Notes under the pieces: generated by a model
Seen by the model: the letters and a program-made list of their open reading frames with translations, nothing else
The model's database searches: none
Told to the model about the DNA's origin: nothing
In this document: positions 63,715-64,000 of the stretch, piece after piece
Layout of the letters: every line of letters starts with the position of its first letter
Position numbering within the stretch: position 1 is the first letter of the stretch
Position numbers and translations under genes: made by a program
NCBI RefSeq assembly: GCF_963921235.1
Contig: NC_086108.1
Span: 87,670,001 to 87,734,000 of the forward strand
DNA: 64,000 nucleotides
Direction of reading: 5' to 3'
Origin: Mobula hypostoma
Lineage: Eukaryota

Positions 63715-64000
63715 AACTTAGAAACCTCGAAAACCTACACCACAATAAAGGGCCTTCAGCCCACAAAGCTGTGCTGAACATGTCCTCACCTTAGAACTAC
63801 CTAGGCTTACCCATAGCCCTCTTATTTTTCTAAGCTCCATGTACCTATCCAGGACTCTCTTAAAAGACCCTATCGTTTCCGCCTCTACCACCGCCGTCGG
63901 CAGCCCATTCCACGCACTCACCACTCTCTGCATAAAAAACTTACCTTGACATCTCCTCTGTACCTACTTCCAAGCACCTTAAAACTATGCCCTCTCATGC
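63715..64000 (-). mobile_element. CR1 3' end (continues past window)
   Basis: RVVSAWNGLP..VVEA.TIGSFKR; same family as 19328-19727. Confidence 0.9.

Noticed and set aside
62800..64000. Upstream SZT2 exon
   Set aside because: No phase-2 donor with an SZT2-like peptide found
1..64000. Prokaryotic systems (CRISPR arrays, retrons, operons), rRNA or true tRNA genes
   Set aside because: Sequence is a spliced vertebrate gene; no repeat-spacer arrays, RTs are LINE-type, and tRNA-like boxes belong to SINEs

Overview
Eukaryotic vertebrate genomic DNA. The repeat content (CR1, Rex-Babar, Penelope, V-SINE) suggests a cartilaginous fish, probably a ray; the taxon is an inference. The whole window lies inside one minus-strand gene, SZT2 (KICSTOR subunit). 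I traced 20 internal exons from 62786 down to 835. They splice phase-compatibly into an uninterrupted 3154-nt frame (about 1051 codons), and one intron is GC-AG. The gene continues beyond both window edges. The introns are packed with often nested transposons: CR1 LINEs (one near full length with an SGNH-esterase ORF1, one with a twin-priming 5' inversion), Rex-Babar LINEs and a non-autonomous derivative, a full-length IR/DR Tc1 (DD34E), a Buster-type hAT with an 8-bp TSD, Tigger/pogo derivatives and V-SINEs. The most notable hidden signal is a family of Penelope-like terminal repeats, often in inverted pairs, carrying a minimal type I hammerhead ribozyme motif (CUGAnGA-A-GGGUC..GACCC-GAAAC-GUC). 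Every copy here is damaged. Exon and TIR/TSD coordinates were read base by base; LINE/SINE boundaries are approximate.
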